Assembly (NCBI GenBank): GCA_000004985.1
Contig: GG738861.1
Source of the DNA: Naegleria gruberi
Taxonomy: Eukaryota
DNA: 64,000 nucleotides
Direction: 5' to 3' (one strand)
Made by a program: the position numbers and the translations under genes. The notes beneath the pieces are model-generated. The model saw only the letters and a list, made by a program, of their open reading frames with translations. It made no database searches and had not been told where the DNA came from. Shown one piece after another: positions 19,958 through 29,550 of the stretch. The first letter of the stretch is position 1. Each line of letters begins with the position of its first letter.

Positions 19958-21321
19958 TTATTGGGATTTCAAAGTAGAAATTTCCTTTTCCAAAACTTCC
20001 ATTCTCTTCTTGAGTTGTTCCATTTCACGTTCTCTGGCAGCAATCTTGTCACCTTCCTTGAAACCACGTTGAATCATCCAGTCATCGTTCAAGAACTTTG
20101 ACAAATAGTTTCTAATAGAATCTGGCAACAAGACAACAATTCTCTTGTCAGCACTGAGATTGAGCTTCTTAGCAGCAGCAATAGCAGCATACATAGCAGT
20201 ACCAGAGGAACCACCACACAAAAGACCTTCTTCCTTAATCAATTCTCTAGCAATAGTGAATGATGGTTCATCTTCAGTCTTAATCCAAACATCAATCAAG
20301 CTTCTATCCAAAACATCAGGAACAAAGTCATAACCAATACCTTCAACTTGATAAGTTCCGACCTTATCATTTTCAGGATCAGCCAAAAGTGAACCAACTG
20401 GGTCAGCACCAACAACAATGATACCAGGAACCTTTTCCTTGAGCTTCTTTGCAATACCAGAAGCAGTACCACCAGTACCAACACCCATGACAATAACATC
20501 AATTTTACCACCAGTTTGCTTGAGAATTTCTTCAGCAGTACCTTCGTAGTGAGCCATTGGGTTGTCAATATTCTTGTATTGATCCAAAATGTGAGCAGTT
20601 TCACCAATTTCTTCCTTCATACGAGCAGCAACACCAATATGTGAATCAGGTGAGTTCCAGTCAGCTTCAGTTGGAGTTCTGATAATATCAGCACCCAAAC
20701 CCTTCAAGACAGAAACCTTTTCTTGAGACATCTTTTCTGGCAAGGTAATAATCATCTTGTATCCCTTAACAGCAGCAGTCAAAGCCAAACCAATACCAGT
20801 ATTACCAGAGGTTGGTTCAATGAGAGTGTCACCTGGTTTAATACGGCCACTCTTTTCAGCTTCCAAGAGCATACGTTTACCAATTCTATCCTTGACTGAA
20901 CCACCAGCGTTGAAATATTCACATTTAACCAAGACTTCACATTCAACTCCGTGCATCTTTGGAACACGATGCAAACGAACCATTGGGGTGTTACCAATAG
21001 CATCAAGTACGGTATCAAAAATTTGTCTACATTTACAACATCATGGGTTAGAATTTTGTGGGTAACATGCGAGATTGAATTTTGGTAGAATTTTAGTTGA
21101 ATGCATATAACAAAGCACATATATATTCATCAAAGTGGATTTTATGAATTGGATCAAAATTATTGAATTATTATTAATATAAATAATAATTGGATAATTC
21201 AATAACAAAAAACCAAAAGCAACAAACACCACACAAGATGGATTTTTAAAAATAAAAACAACATCGGTTGTTATTCTACGATAGTAATACAATACAATAC
21301 TTACTCTCTGTTGGCAGACAT
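19958..21321 (-). CDS. Cystathionine beta-synthase-like PLP enzyme with no Bateman/CBS-pair module: join(21321..21305,21026..19958)
   Basis: Exon 2 has a CBS-type catalytic core (IGNTPMVRL; [20 protein letters not shown]; [22 protein letters not shown]; [16 protein letters not shown]) and ends in a short coiled coil ([25 protein letters not shown]). No upstream ATG is in frame. A 17-nt exon 1 (ATGTCTGCCAACAGAGA|GTAAGTATT) joins through a 278-nt intron with a ttCTAACcc branch site about 20 nt before tgtAG. The result is [24 protein letters not shown], 361 aa. Confidence 0.8.
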
Positions 21322-22099
21322 ATTGTTTATGTAGTGTGCGTTGATTGCTTTCTAAAAGACTCTTTTAAGTGTGTGGGTAAAGAGAAAAAAAATGTATTTT
21401 TTTCTAAAGAATTTTAAATTGTCGCCGCGCAAGCATTAACCAAGTCCTAACTGGGTTCAACACAATATTGGAGGAGTTTTTGCAATGAACCACCAGCTAG
21501 GAGTTAAAAATCTCTATTGTAAACTTGGTTTCCAGCGTCGCTCCTTTTAAATAATCGTCGTTTTGTAAGATGTGGATTCTTTTTGGTGCATAATAAAATA
21601 ATATGGATATGAATTTACAGTTGTTTCAAATCAGATTATTTCATGTTGTTTTTCATTGTGGTTGTTGAAATTTGTGAACGTTCTGGATTTGGGTTGTTGT
21701 AAAGGATCAGCGGAGTTTATTATTTTCTCATGAATTAAAAATATCTAATATAGTTGCTTAAAATTGTGGTGTTTCAACTCTGATCTCATTCCCCTCAATA
21801 TCATTTCACATTTAATAAATATTAAAATTTAACATGACTTGAATTCATTGCTGCCAAAATTGAGCGTCCTGTTAATACTAAAAAATCACAATTTTTCAAT
21901 CCTTCATATTCCAATTTGCAGATTTTAATTTGCAGCTATTAAATTAATCTAATGCACATTGAATAATACTCTTAAAATACATCCAGGATAAAAAAGCTGA
22001 TCAATATGATGTAGATTTATGAATTTCCTCAATTCAAAATCATTATTATGGCTCCAAACCAAAAACATCATCAGCAAGTGGAAACAAACAAAATGAAAG

Positions 22100-22790
22100 T
22101 GTTGATGTGAAGAAGATTGAAAACTACTCTGAGTGGTACTCTACCAAGAGTGATTTCCTTGATTATTATGAAGTGGGGAAACCATTTGGAACAATTGCAC
22201 AAATGAACTTATGAAGAAATTCTTGCGGTTCCAGTTATTGAGGGTAGGAAGACTGAAACTGAAAAGTTTTCTGCCGCAGATTTCACAACAACCATTGAGG
22301 CTTTCATTCCAACAAACGGAAGAGCTGATCAAGCTGCCATAAGTTGGGTGTTATGATCATGGTGATGACAAGGATATGGTCTTGCCACCAAGTTGCCTTC
22401 ACTCTAGTTGTTCTTATTCCTTTTTCTGTAAGAATAAGGATAATAGTCAACGGAAATTTTCACTCTCCTAGACCAAAATGGGATTCGTATTAAGATTGAT
22501 TATCGTTTGGAAAAGACTCAAATTGGGAAATTCAAATATTGGGAACTTTATGGTATTCCATTGAGAATTGAAATTGGTCTAAAGGAAACTGGCCAAGCCA
22601 AGCTCTGTAGAAGAGACAATGGAGAAATGGACAGTCTCTCTTGATCAACCCACTGCTCAATATATCAATGGCACTTTGGATATGATTCACAATTCCATGT
22701 TGGAAAAAGCTTCACTGGGTGGTTGTAAAGTTTTCTGTACAGAATTGACTGACAGAAAACCAAACAAGAGGGCTATTTGGTAAATTGAAT
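22100..22790 (+). pseudogene. Decayed prolyl-tRNA synthetase (class II ProRS) pseudogene fragments
   Basis: Fragments in different + frames are broken by stops: IENYSEWYSTKSDFLDYYEVGKPFGTIAQ; [38 protein letters not shown] (compare eukaryotic Pro[28 protein letters not shown]); HGDDKDMVLPP (compare HGDNMGLVLPP); an anticodon-binding-like piece KFKYWELYGIPLRIEIGLKETGQAKLCRRDNGEMDS. The motif-2/3 catalytic core is missing. Confidence 0.55.
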
Positions 22791-23391
22791 AAACAAATTA
22801 GATTTAAAGTGTGTAAGTAAACAAGGGACAATTTTCTAATGCTCATAGTTTTTCATTAAGGGATTCAAGGAGATTAAGTTTCTCTAGGTTCTTCTGAATA
22901 TAAGTAGACCTTAAAAAATAGCTGAAAGCTCAACATTTTTTCTCATGAAGTCCCTTTCCTCAAATCCATTCACTATGTTGTTTAGTATTAGAGAAATTGA
23001 TAGGACTTCAATTTTAGCAATCATGCAAGCATATTGAACAAGAAAGAAGCAAGATAGTGGAGAAGAAAAACCAGGGGTAACATCATTTACTCAGGAATAA
23101 ACTTCTTCTTGATAAATTTTCATTAAGAGAGTAGAATCTATCACGATGTTGCAAAGACATAAAAGGATCGGAACCTAAGACAGTGTTTTGTAATTGCCAT
23201 TTTCTATACCAAATCAAATCTCTAAAATACTGTAACATTGGTTCTGTACAGGAAACGTCTGATGCTTTTATTGACCAAAAAAGTTCACTTTAATAATCAC
23301 AAACATCAACAACAAGATGTGTAACCAACCTAAAATAAATGAATCCAACTACCTAGCGCACAGACACTGGAAACTAAACGAAAAAAATTCA

Positions 23392-24597
23392 ATGAGAACA
23401 ATCCTTGTTTTATTGGCTTTGTGTGTTTTAGCACTCGCTGTGAATGGTGCTGACATTAGTTTTATCAGCTCATTTGATGATTATAAACTTTCTTGCAACT
23501 TAAAGACAAAGAATAATACAGTGAATCCAATCTCATCTGGTTATTTGGTTGGGTTATATGCTGAGGGTGGCTCTAGCTATCGTTTGGCCATGATTGACTT
23601 GGACAGTAATGCCATTACTTACATTGGTAATGATGTCTTTAATTCTTATTCATTGGGTGGTGTCGCCATCGACCCAATTAACCACAGATTATTCATCATG
23701 GTTGTTCCATCTCAAACTCCAACAATGAGAACATACAGTCTATTAACTGGTAAAATGTTGTATCAAGTGAATACTTCTGAAATTTCCAACTTGGTTTTTG
23801 AACCAGCATTGGGTAATCTCTATGGATTAGGTTACAATGATTCAATGGTCACAATTTTGGATATTGATTGGGAAACTGGTGAGGATACAATTGTTGCAAC
23901 TACTCCACTCAAAGGATCTACCAATATGATTCGTAATATTAATCCAGCAACATCTGTGATGTATATTTATGGATATGATAGTACCTATTTCAATACTATG
24001 ATTGCTGTCAATTTAACAAGTGGAAGTTGGAAATATTTCAATCCTCCTTCTATTACTTCCTATGTTGCTTTGTTTTCAAATGGTTATCAAGGTAAATCCA
24101 ATGTCCTTGCAATTGCTGAATACGAAGGAAAATATGCTCCTGTTTCCATTGATAGCAATACAAATGTCACTGTAATTGGTTCAACAAGGTTTAATTCATT
24201 GGTCCTGTCTGACAAGGCTTATGACGTTAAGGAAAATGTCATTATTGGAACATTGGAAGATACAAGCAAGATTGTAGTTCTTAATATGACTAGTGGATTG
24301 ATTGTAAAACAAATTCCATTGAATAGTGGTGCTTCTCTTGGACCTGTCTCATACCAACAAATTTGTGTCTGTTGTATTGCTTCTCAAAACACAAGAAGTA
24401 TCTATGGTGGTTCATTGGACAAGTCAATTGTTCTTCCATGTCAAACCAATACTGCATCATCCACCAAAGTAATTGGTACTACTAGTAGTAATGGTACTAT
24501 CAAACCATCTCAGAGCAGAGTTAGTTCTTCCAATTCAAATTTCAATATTTCACTTGTATTCATTGTGATTGTAGGATTTTTGATGGGTCTGTTCTAA
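23392..24597 (+). CDS. Secreted, probably GPI-anchored, N-glycosylated surface protein
   Basis: The cleavable signal peptide starts at the internal ATG 23392 (MRTILVLLALCVLALAVNG). There are many NxS/T sites, a C-terminal S/T-rich stalk and a hydrophobic tail (ISLVFIVIVGFLMGLF*). No family recognised. Confidence 0.55.
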   Translation: MRTILVLLALCVLALAVNGADISFISSFDDYKLSCNLKTKNNTVNPISSGYLVGLYAEGGSSYRLAMIDLDSNAITYIGNDVFNSYSLGGVAIDPINHRLFIMVVPSQTPTMRTYSLLTGKMLYQVNTSEISNLVFEPALGNLYGLGYNDSMVTILDIDWETGEDTIVATTPLKGSTNMIRNINPATSVMYIYGYDSTYFNTMIAVNLTSGSWKYFNPPSITSYVALFSNGYQGKSNVLAIAEYEGKYAPVSIDSNTNVTVIGSTRFNSLVLSDKAYDVKENVIIGTLEDTSKIVVLNMTSGLIVKQIPLNSGASLGPVSYQQICVCCIASQNTRSIYGGSLDKSIVLPCQTNTASSTKVIGTTSSNGTIKPSQSRVSSSNSNFNISLVFIVIVGFLMGLF

Positions 24598-24617
24598 ATA
24601 GATCATGTAGAATAAAA

Positions 24618-26072
24618 TTACTTTCCAAATATTTTTAATCTTTGAATTTCCAATTGTGATTGAATATGATTTAAATCAGTGTTTTGATCCAAAAGCACTT
24701 TGGTTTGAGTTGAATCATTCATTAGAGTGAAGTGCTCAAATAAAGGTTGTTTTAAAAGGATGGAATCATCCATCTCCGTGTTAAAGGTGTCTGAATTTTC
24801 TTGTGAAATTTTCATAGTATCTGAGAGCACCACAAAAGGAATATTGTAAAATCTGGAAATCGAATAGAGTACGCTTGTGCCAGTCTTGTTAGAAATTACA
24901 ATGTCTCCATGACTATAATGGATTGAATCTGATCCTACACACATAAGATCAACCTTTCCAGAACGTGAGAGTAAAGCAACTGCTGCTTCAGTGCAAACTT
25001 GAACTCTTAGATTTTTGATACCCTGATCTAAGGCAAAGTCCTTCAGAGATTTAGCTGTTTTGTACCCTTCCTTTTCTGGCTGAGACTCTGTACAATAGAT
25101 GGTTAAATCAATGGATGCATGTTTTGCATGTAAGTCTAACATTAAATCTTTCAATGATTTAATAACAACACTGCTCCAACTGTGGGTCAATATTGAGATT
25201 TTCTGGGTGTTATCTTTTAAAAATTCTGATTTCACATAATTTTGAAACTTATTTGATAGTAACTGAGTATTGTTTGATATCTTAATGCCAAATTTGTTCA
25301 ATCTGTCTTTCATTTTCTGTACCATATTTTCAAAAGTTTGTTCAGAAATTTGTTTGACAATACTATCCTGATCAAATTGTAATTCACCATTCATTATTTC
25401 TACAAGAGATTGAACAGCCACATTCCTAATCATTGGCATTTCAATTCTACATTGATCTAAAATCCAAACAATGTCTCTCAGTTTCGAAGTTAAAAAAACA
25501 GCTCTCATGCTATCCATATCTATTGAAGAATTCATCAATTTGAAATAATCTGGTATATCTTCAGATGAAAATAAGTTCAAGGCCTTTTTCATAATATCTA
25601 TCGTTTTCAAAGCAATGGTAGTTGCACCATCTGTAAAATTATTAACAATGGTATTGTCTATTTCTACCAATAATTCAGTCTCCAATCCATAGAAAAAGTA
25701 TAATCTGTGAAGAGTGTCTCTTAGATTGGGAACTGTTTCATGTAGGGTGGGAGTGGTGCTGTCATTCATACCCTTCCTCAGAAATTGCTCAGTATCAAAA
25801 ACATTGAATGAATCGTGTTCCCAATCAATCTTGAATCCTAAATTATCAAGTTGGCTAGGGATATCTTTTGAATTTTCTACTGACAATCTAAATAGAAAAG
25901 GATAAACAATAAATCCCTTTCCATTATTTAAAGGCAAATATTGTGGACGACCACTTCGGATGAAGTTCAAATGTTTTCCAACTTGTAATTGTGTTTCTTC
26001 TTGGATTTCTCTGAAGGCACTCCATCGGGCTTTCCACAAAATAATCACCAACCCTATAATCAAACCGATCAT
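24618..26072 (-). CDS. IF-2B family protein (eIF2B alpha/beta/delta or MtnA-like fold); N-terminus unresolved
   Basis: The core matches the IF-2B family (ILTHSWSSVVIKSLKDLM...IDLTIYCTESQPEKEGYKTAKSL...VQVCTEAAVALLSRSGKVDLMCVGSDSIHYSHGDIVISNKTGTSVLYSISRFYNIPFVVLSD). The track start 26111 is a TTG. The first ATG (26072) gives a hydrophobic N-terminus, MIGLIIGLVIILW. See the overlapping Nudix-like ORF. Confidence 0.6.
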   Translation of the reverse strand: MIGLIIGLVIILWKARWSAFREIQEETQLQVGKHLNFIRSGRPQYLPLNNGKGFIVYPFLFRLSVENSKDIPSQLDNLGFKIDWEHDSFNVFDTEQFLRKGMNDSTTPTLHETVPNLRDTLHRLYFFYGLETELLVEIDNTIVNNFTDGATTIALKTIDIMKKALNLFSSEDIPDYFKLMNSSIDMDSMRAVFLTSKLRDIVWILDQCRIEMPMIRNVAVQSLVEIMNGELQFDQDSIVKQISEQTFENMVQKMKDRLNKFGIKISNNTQLLSNKFQNYVKSEFLKDNTQKISILTHSWSSVVIKSLKDLMLDLHAKHASIDLTIYCTESQPEKEGYKTAKSLKDFALDQGIKNLRVQVCTEAAVALLSRSGKVDLMCVGSDSIHYSHGDIVISNKTGTSVLYSISRFYNIPFVVLSDTMKISQENSDTFNTEMDDSILLKQPLFEHFTLMNDSTQTKVLLDQNTDLNHIQSQLEIQRLKIFGK

Positions 26073-26241
26073 TTGAAGAATAATCCACAGGTGGATTGTT
26101 AACCAAGTCAATAGAACCAGAAATTGAAGCCCACATTTTCGGATAAGAATTAACCTTCTCCGATCTTTTAAATAGTAGAATATGTGATTTTTCTTCCTTT
26201 ATCACTTCAATAAAGCCAGTGGCTACTCTTCTCCATTTCAT
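25924..26241 (-). CDS. Nudix-like N-terminal ORF (105 aa) overlapping the IF-2B family gene in another frame
   Basis: MKWRRVATGFIEVIKEEKSHILLFKRSEKVNSYPKMWASISGSID resembles the start of a Nudix fold. The Nudix-box-like REIQEETQL lies in the downstream ORF's frame (+1). This may be the 5' part of a single gene joined by a frameshift or an unrecognised intron. It may also be spurious. Confidence 0.3.
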   Translation of the reverse strand: MKWRRVATGFIEVIKEEKSHILLFKRSEKVNSYPKMWASISGSIDLVNNPPVDYSSNDRFDYRVGDYFVESPMECLQRNPRRNTITSWKTFELHPKWSSTIFAFK

Positions 26242-26312
26242 TTTTTTAAGTTTTGATTTAACTTGAATCTACATATTAAATAAATTAATTTGAATATTTC
26301 CTGATTATAATA

Positions 26313-26540
26313 TTATTTAAATTTCATATTCAAAACAGCATTCATATTATCACTTTCCAATAATGAATCCAAATTAATCCACTTTTTTGAATCGGATTTA
26401 TTTTTCAATTTTGTTTTTTGTTTTTCAACAAGATTATACAATATTCTAGTTCTTTCCTGTTTTTCCAACTCATACTTGGCTTTAATTTGCATCAAGTGAT
26501 TGAAAAAAGCTTGAAGTAACACTTCCGAATCATTTCCCAT
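26313..26540 (-). CDS. Small coiled-coil protein, 75 aa (uncertain)
   Basis: True ATG: MGNDSEVLLQAFFNHLMQIKAKYELEKQERTRILYNLVEKQKTKLKNKSDSKKWINLDSLLESDNMNAVLNMKFK. Confidence 0.3.
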   Translation of the reverse strand: MGNDSEVLLQAFFNHLMQIKAKYELEKQERTRILYNLVEKQKTKLKNKSDSKKWINLDSLLESDNMNAVLNMKFK

Positions 26541-26810
26541 TTTTTTAAAGTTAAAAAAACAAAATTTTATGAAAACAATGAAAAAATTGAAATGACCCTT
26601 AGAAATAGAGGCTTATTGTCATGTTGTTAGAAGCTTTTAAGAATATCATGGAAACAATTTAATATCTACTATTTACTGTTATCATTGCTACTCCTTCGCT
26701 TCATTTTCATTTCTAATCTGGAGTTTATAAAACAGTACACCAGGCTCCGTTCTAATTCGCTCACAAAGAAAAAAAGCCTCAAAAGCCTCTTACTGTAAAC
26801 AACAAACAAA

Positions 26811-27293
26811 ATGGAATACCAACCTTTGAATCAACAAACCAAATACGATCCAAATCAAGTCTACCAACAACCACAACAAGTACCACCTCAAAATGTAGTC
26901 TACTCCCAGCAACCAATTTATACTCAAGAACAACAATATTATGCTTCAACACAACCTATTTATCAACAATCCCATGTTGTGACAACCACCACACAAGGAG
27001 ATGTTGATTATTTGGAAAAGCAAAAGCAAGATCAAACTTCCATGATGTTGTTTATTATTGGTTTCTTTGTTGGTATTGTGTGGATTGTTAACTTTATTCT
27101 CGTAAGTTATTATTATTTGCTTTTTAATTTAACATGTATTATTATTAAATAGCATCGTAATTCACCAAGTGAATCCGCAAGAAAGTTTGCCAAGGCTTCA
27201 ATTATTTGTTTTGCTTTGAGCTTTGTTTTTGCTGCTGTTGCTGTTGGTATTTATTTGATTGTCTTTTTCTCCATCTTCCAATCTGCTTATTAA
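26811..27293 (+). CDS. Small membrane protein with a Q/Y/P-rich N-terminus and 2 TM segments: join(26811..27101,27153..27293)
   Basis: Exon 1 is MEYQPLNQQTKYDPNQVYQQPQQVPPQNVVYSQQPIYTQEQQYY...FIIGFFVGIVWIVNFIL. A 51-nt intron (GTAAGTTATT...attaaaTAG) follows in phase 0. Exon 2 is HRNSPSESARKFAKASIICFALSFVFAAVAVGIYLIVFFSIFQSAY*. Confidence 0.65.
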
Positions 27294-27547
27294 TTATTGT
27301 TATTAATATTATTCCAACTCCATCCTTCTCTCACTCCCACTTTCTAACATTTTAAACCAATTCTCCCAATATATTTATTTTAATTATTCTGTTACATTAA
27401 TTTTCATTCTTATGTTCGTGCAAAGATGAACCTAGTTTCATTGAACCGGGGAAGTCAATTTTGAATTTGTTCAATTTCACACTTTACACTCAAAACGAAT
27501 GTTAAGACTTGTGAAGTCCATCAGTACTCTAATAACATTACAAAAAA

Positions 27548-29332
27548 ATGCCATCACAAGATAATACAGAACAAACAAGCTTTTCCTTCAGAGTGCGGGT
27601 TGCTGACAATGCCAAAGTTAAAGAAGAAAAGTTCATCGTGGTTGATTCTCAGAAATTACCAAAGAGCATTGATGAATTATTCAAATTGGGAAAAGCCAAA
27701 TTAAATTTAAAGAAGAAGGTGCTTGCACTTTATAATGGAAAATCAGGACAAGTCATTGAATCGGATAGTATTATTCAAAAGTTATTCAATGATTTTACAA
27801 CAGCTAAGAGAAAACAATTACAGGAAGAACAATTAATTGGATCAACAGGATTAGGATCAAAGCCTTCCGATGATTTATTCTTTGTTTTTTCGACCAATTT
27901 AAAACAAACTTTCCAAGGAAAGATTACGCAACCAGTTGAATCGAGTGACAATAATACAACAACATCTTCATCATCAGTTGAAAAGACACCAGAAGTAGTT
28001 GTCTTGATAAAGGACAGTTGGTTGGATGATGGAGCTATTAAACAATTGCAAGATACTGCTCGTACATTGAAATGTGTAAGAAGAGCCACTGGTCAACCTG
28101 ACCTTCATCCAGGTAAAACATTCCCAGTAGGAGCTGCCATTTCAACTGTAGATTACATCTACCCACCACTCGTTGGTAATGATATTGGGTGTGGTATGAG
28201 TTTGTATCAAACTAATTTAACATCAGATAGAGGATTGAAACAATTAGAAAAATGGGTGAAACAACTCAACGGATTAGAAAGAGGAGGAATTAGCGGCGAT
28301 GAAAGTAGACCTGTATTGGATGTTGAAAGAAAATTCTTTGGATTGGATTCTAGTGAGGATTTGCTTTCAGCCACATCTACTAACTCTGAAAATGTAGATT
28401 TTGAATTACATGAAGCCACAACTGAATTTATTGAAAAATATTTAACCTATTTTGATGTAGATTTGGGTCAACTCCAAGAAGTTACTCCAAATCTTGAATC
28501 GGAAGAGGGTGTTACCTCTCCGCCAAAGAGTGAAAATAAGGCCTTGGAATTTGCCATTCGTCAACTTGGTACTGTCGGAGGTGGAAATCACTTTGCAGAG
28601 CTTCAAATCGTCGAAAAGATTTGTAATGAAAAGATTTTTGAAGAAGAATTGAAACTTTCAAAGGATGCTTGCTTTTTGATGGTTCATAGTGGATCAAGAT
28701 CCCTTGGTGATCATATTCTTGGAGAACATGAGGATAAATTTGGAAATAGTGGCTTGCTTTTTGACTCGGATGATGCAAAGCACTATATGAAATGTCACGA
28801 CAATGCTTGTAGATGGGCAAAGGCCAACAGAGCTCTCATTGCCAGAAAGTTCCTTACTTGCATTAACGGAAATGGTAAAATGATTCTTGACATTTGCCAC
28901 AACAATGTTGTAGAAAAACAAGTTGAAAATGAAAGAGTTTTCATTCACAGAAAGGGTGCTGCACCAACAGATGCTGGTTACTTCTGCATTCCTGGTTCGA
29001 GAGGATCATTCTCCTATCTTGTTCGTGGACGTGAAGAAGATATTGAAAGCCAAATTCGTTGTAATTTTTCAGCTGCACACGGTGCTGGCAGAAAATGGAA
29101 GCGTTCCAAATCAGTTGGTATGGCCGCAAAGGAAAATGTTCAATCCTTCACAGTTACTGACCTCGGATCTCATGTCATTTGTGAAGATAAGAATTTACTT
29201 TTTGAAGAACAACCTGCTGCTTACAAGGATATCGATGCAGTCATTTCAGATTTAGTTCATTTTGGGGTTGTTGAAGTTGTTGCCATTATGAGACCACTCA
29301 TTACCTACAAGATGAGAAACTGTTGCCATTAA
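27548..29332 (+). CDS. RtcB-family RNA ligase of bacterial (E. coli RtcB) type, with a 170-aa N-terminal beta-grasp/CIDE-N-like extension
   Basis: All RtcB catalytic motifs are present (PDLHPGKTFPVGAAI; GNDIGCGMSLYQTNL; GGGNHFAELQ; VHSGSRSLGDHI; ICHNNVVE; HRKGAAPT; AAHGAGRKWKRS; AYKDIDAV). The best resemblance is to bacterial RtcB (VDIGCGMNALRTAL, GTGNHFIEIC, HSGSRGIGN, SHGAGRVMSRTKAKK, MAYKDIDAV). The eukaryotic HSPC117 type is not the closest match. The N-terminus FSFRVRVADNAKVKEEKFIVVDSQKLPKSIDELFKLGKAKLNLKKKVLALYNGKSGQVIESDSIIQKLF is CIDE-N/beta-grasp-like. Confidence 0.8.
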   Translation: MPSQDNTEQTSFSFRVRVADNAKVKEEKFIVVDSQKLPKSIDELFKLGKAKLNLKKKVLALYNGKSGQVIESDSIIQKLFNDFTTAKRKQLQEEQLIGSTGLGSKPSDDLFFVFSTNLKQTFQGKITQPVESSDNNTTTSSSSVEKTPEVVVLIKDSWLDDGAIKQLQDTARTLKCVRRATGQPDLHPGKTFPVGAAISTVDYIYPPLVGNDIGCGMSLYQTNLTSDRGLKQLEKWVKQLNGLERGGISGDESRPVLDVERKFFGLDSSEDLLSATSTNSENVDFELHEATTEFIEKYLTYFDVDLGQLQEVTPNLESEEGVTSPPKSENKALEFAIRQLGTVGGGNHFAELQIVEKICNEKIFEEELKLSKDACFLMVHSGSRSLGDHILGEHEDKFGNSGLLFDSDDAKHYMKCHDNACRWAKANRALIARKFLTCINGNGKMILDICHNNVVEKQVENERVFIHRKGAAPTDAGYFCIPGSRGSFSYLVRGREEDIESQIRCNFSAAHGAGRKWKRSKSVGMAAKENVQSFTVTDLGSHVICEDKNLLFEEQPAAYKDIDAVISDLVHFGVVEVVAIMRPLITYKMRNCCH

Positions 29333-29550
29333 TCCTAGTTAACAATGACTGGAAAACACATTGAAGCATCATTTAAGAGTAGACATTGCACTCTTTTATC
29401 CAATGATTCAAACCCTTCCTTCCAGCTTCGCCCAGGACTCAACTTTACAATGGAGGTGAATCTTCAACTCGAAATAATATCATTGCACACGCTGGGTTGA
29501 GTTTGGAAAATTTCAATTAAAATTAAAATTTTTTAAAAAAATATTTGAAA

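Noticed and set aside
21041-21292. 83-aa minus-strand ORF ([15 protein letters not shown]...)
   Set aside because: It lies wholly inside the 278-nt intron of the CBS-like gene. It is AT-rich, low-complexity, and has no independent start context.
26811-27152. Track ORF read through the intron (MEYQ...ILVSYYYLLFNLTCIIIK*)
   Set aside because: Reading through GTAAGTTATT...TAG adds a junk tail and loses the second TM helix. The spliced model gives a clean 2-TM protein.
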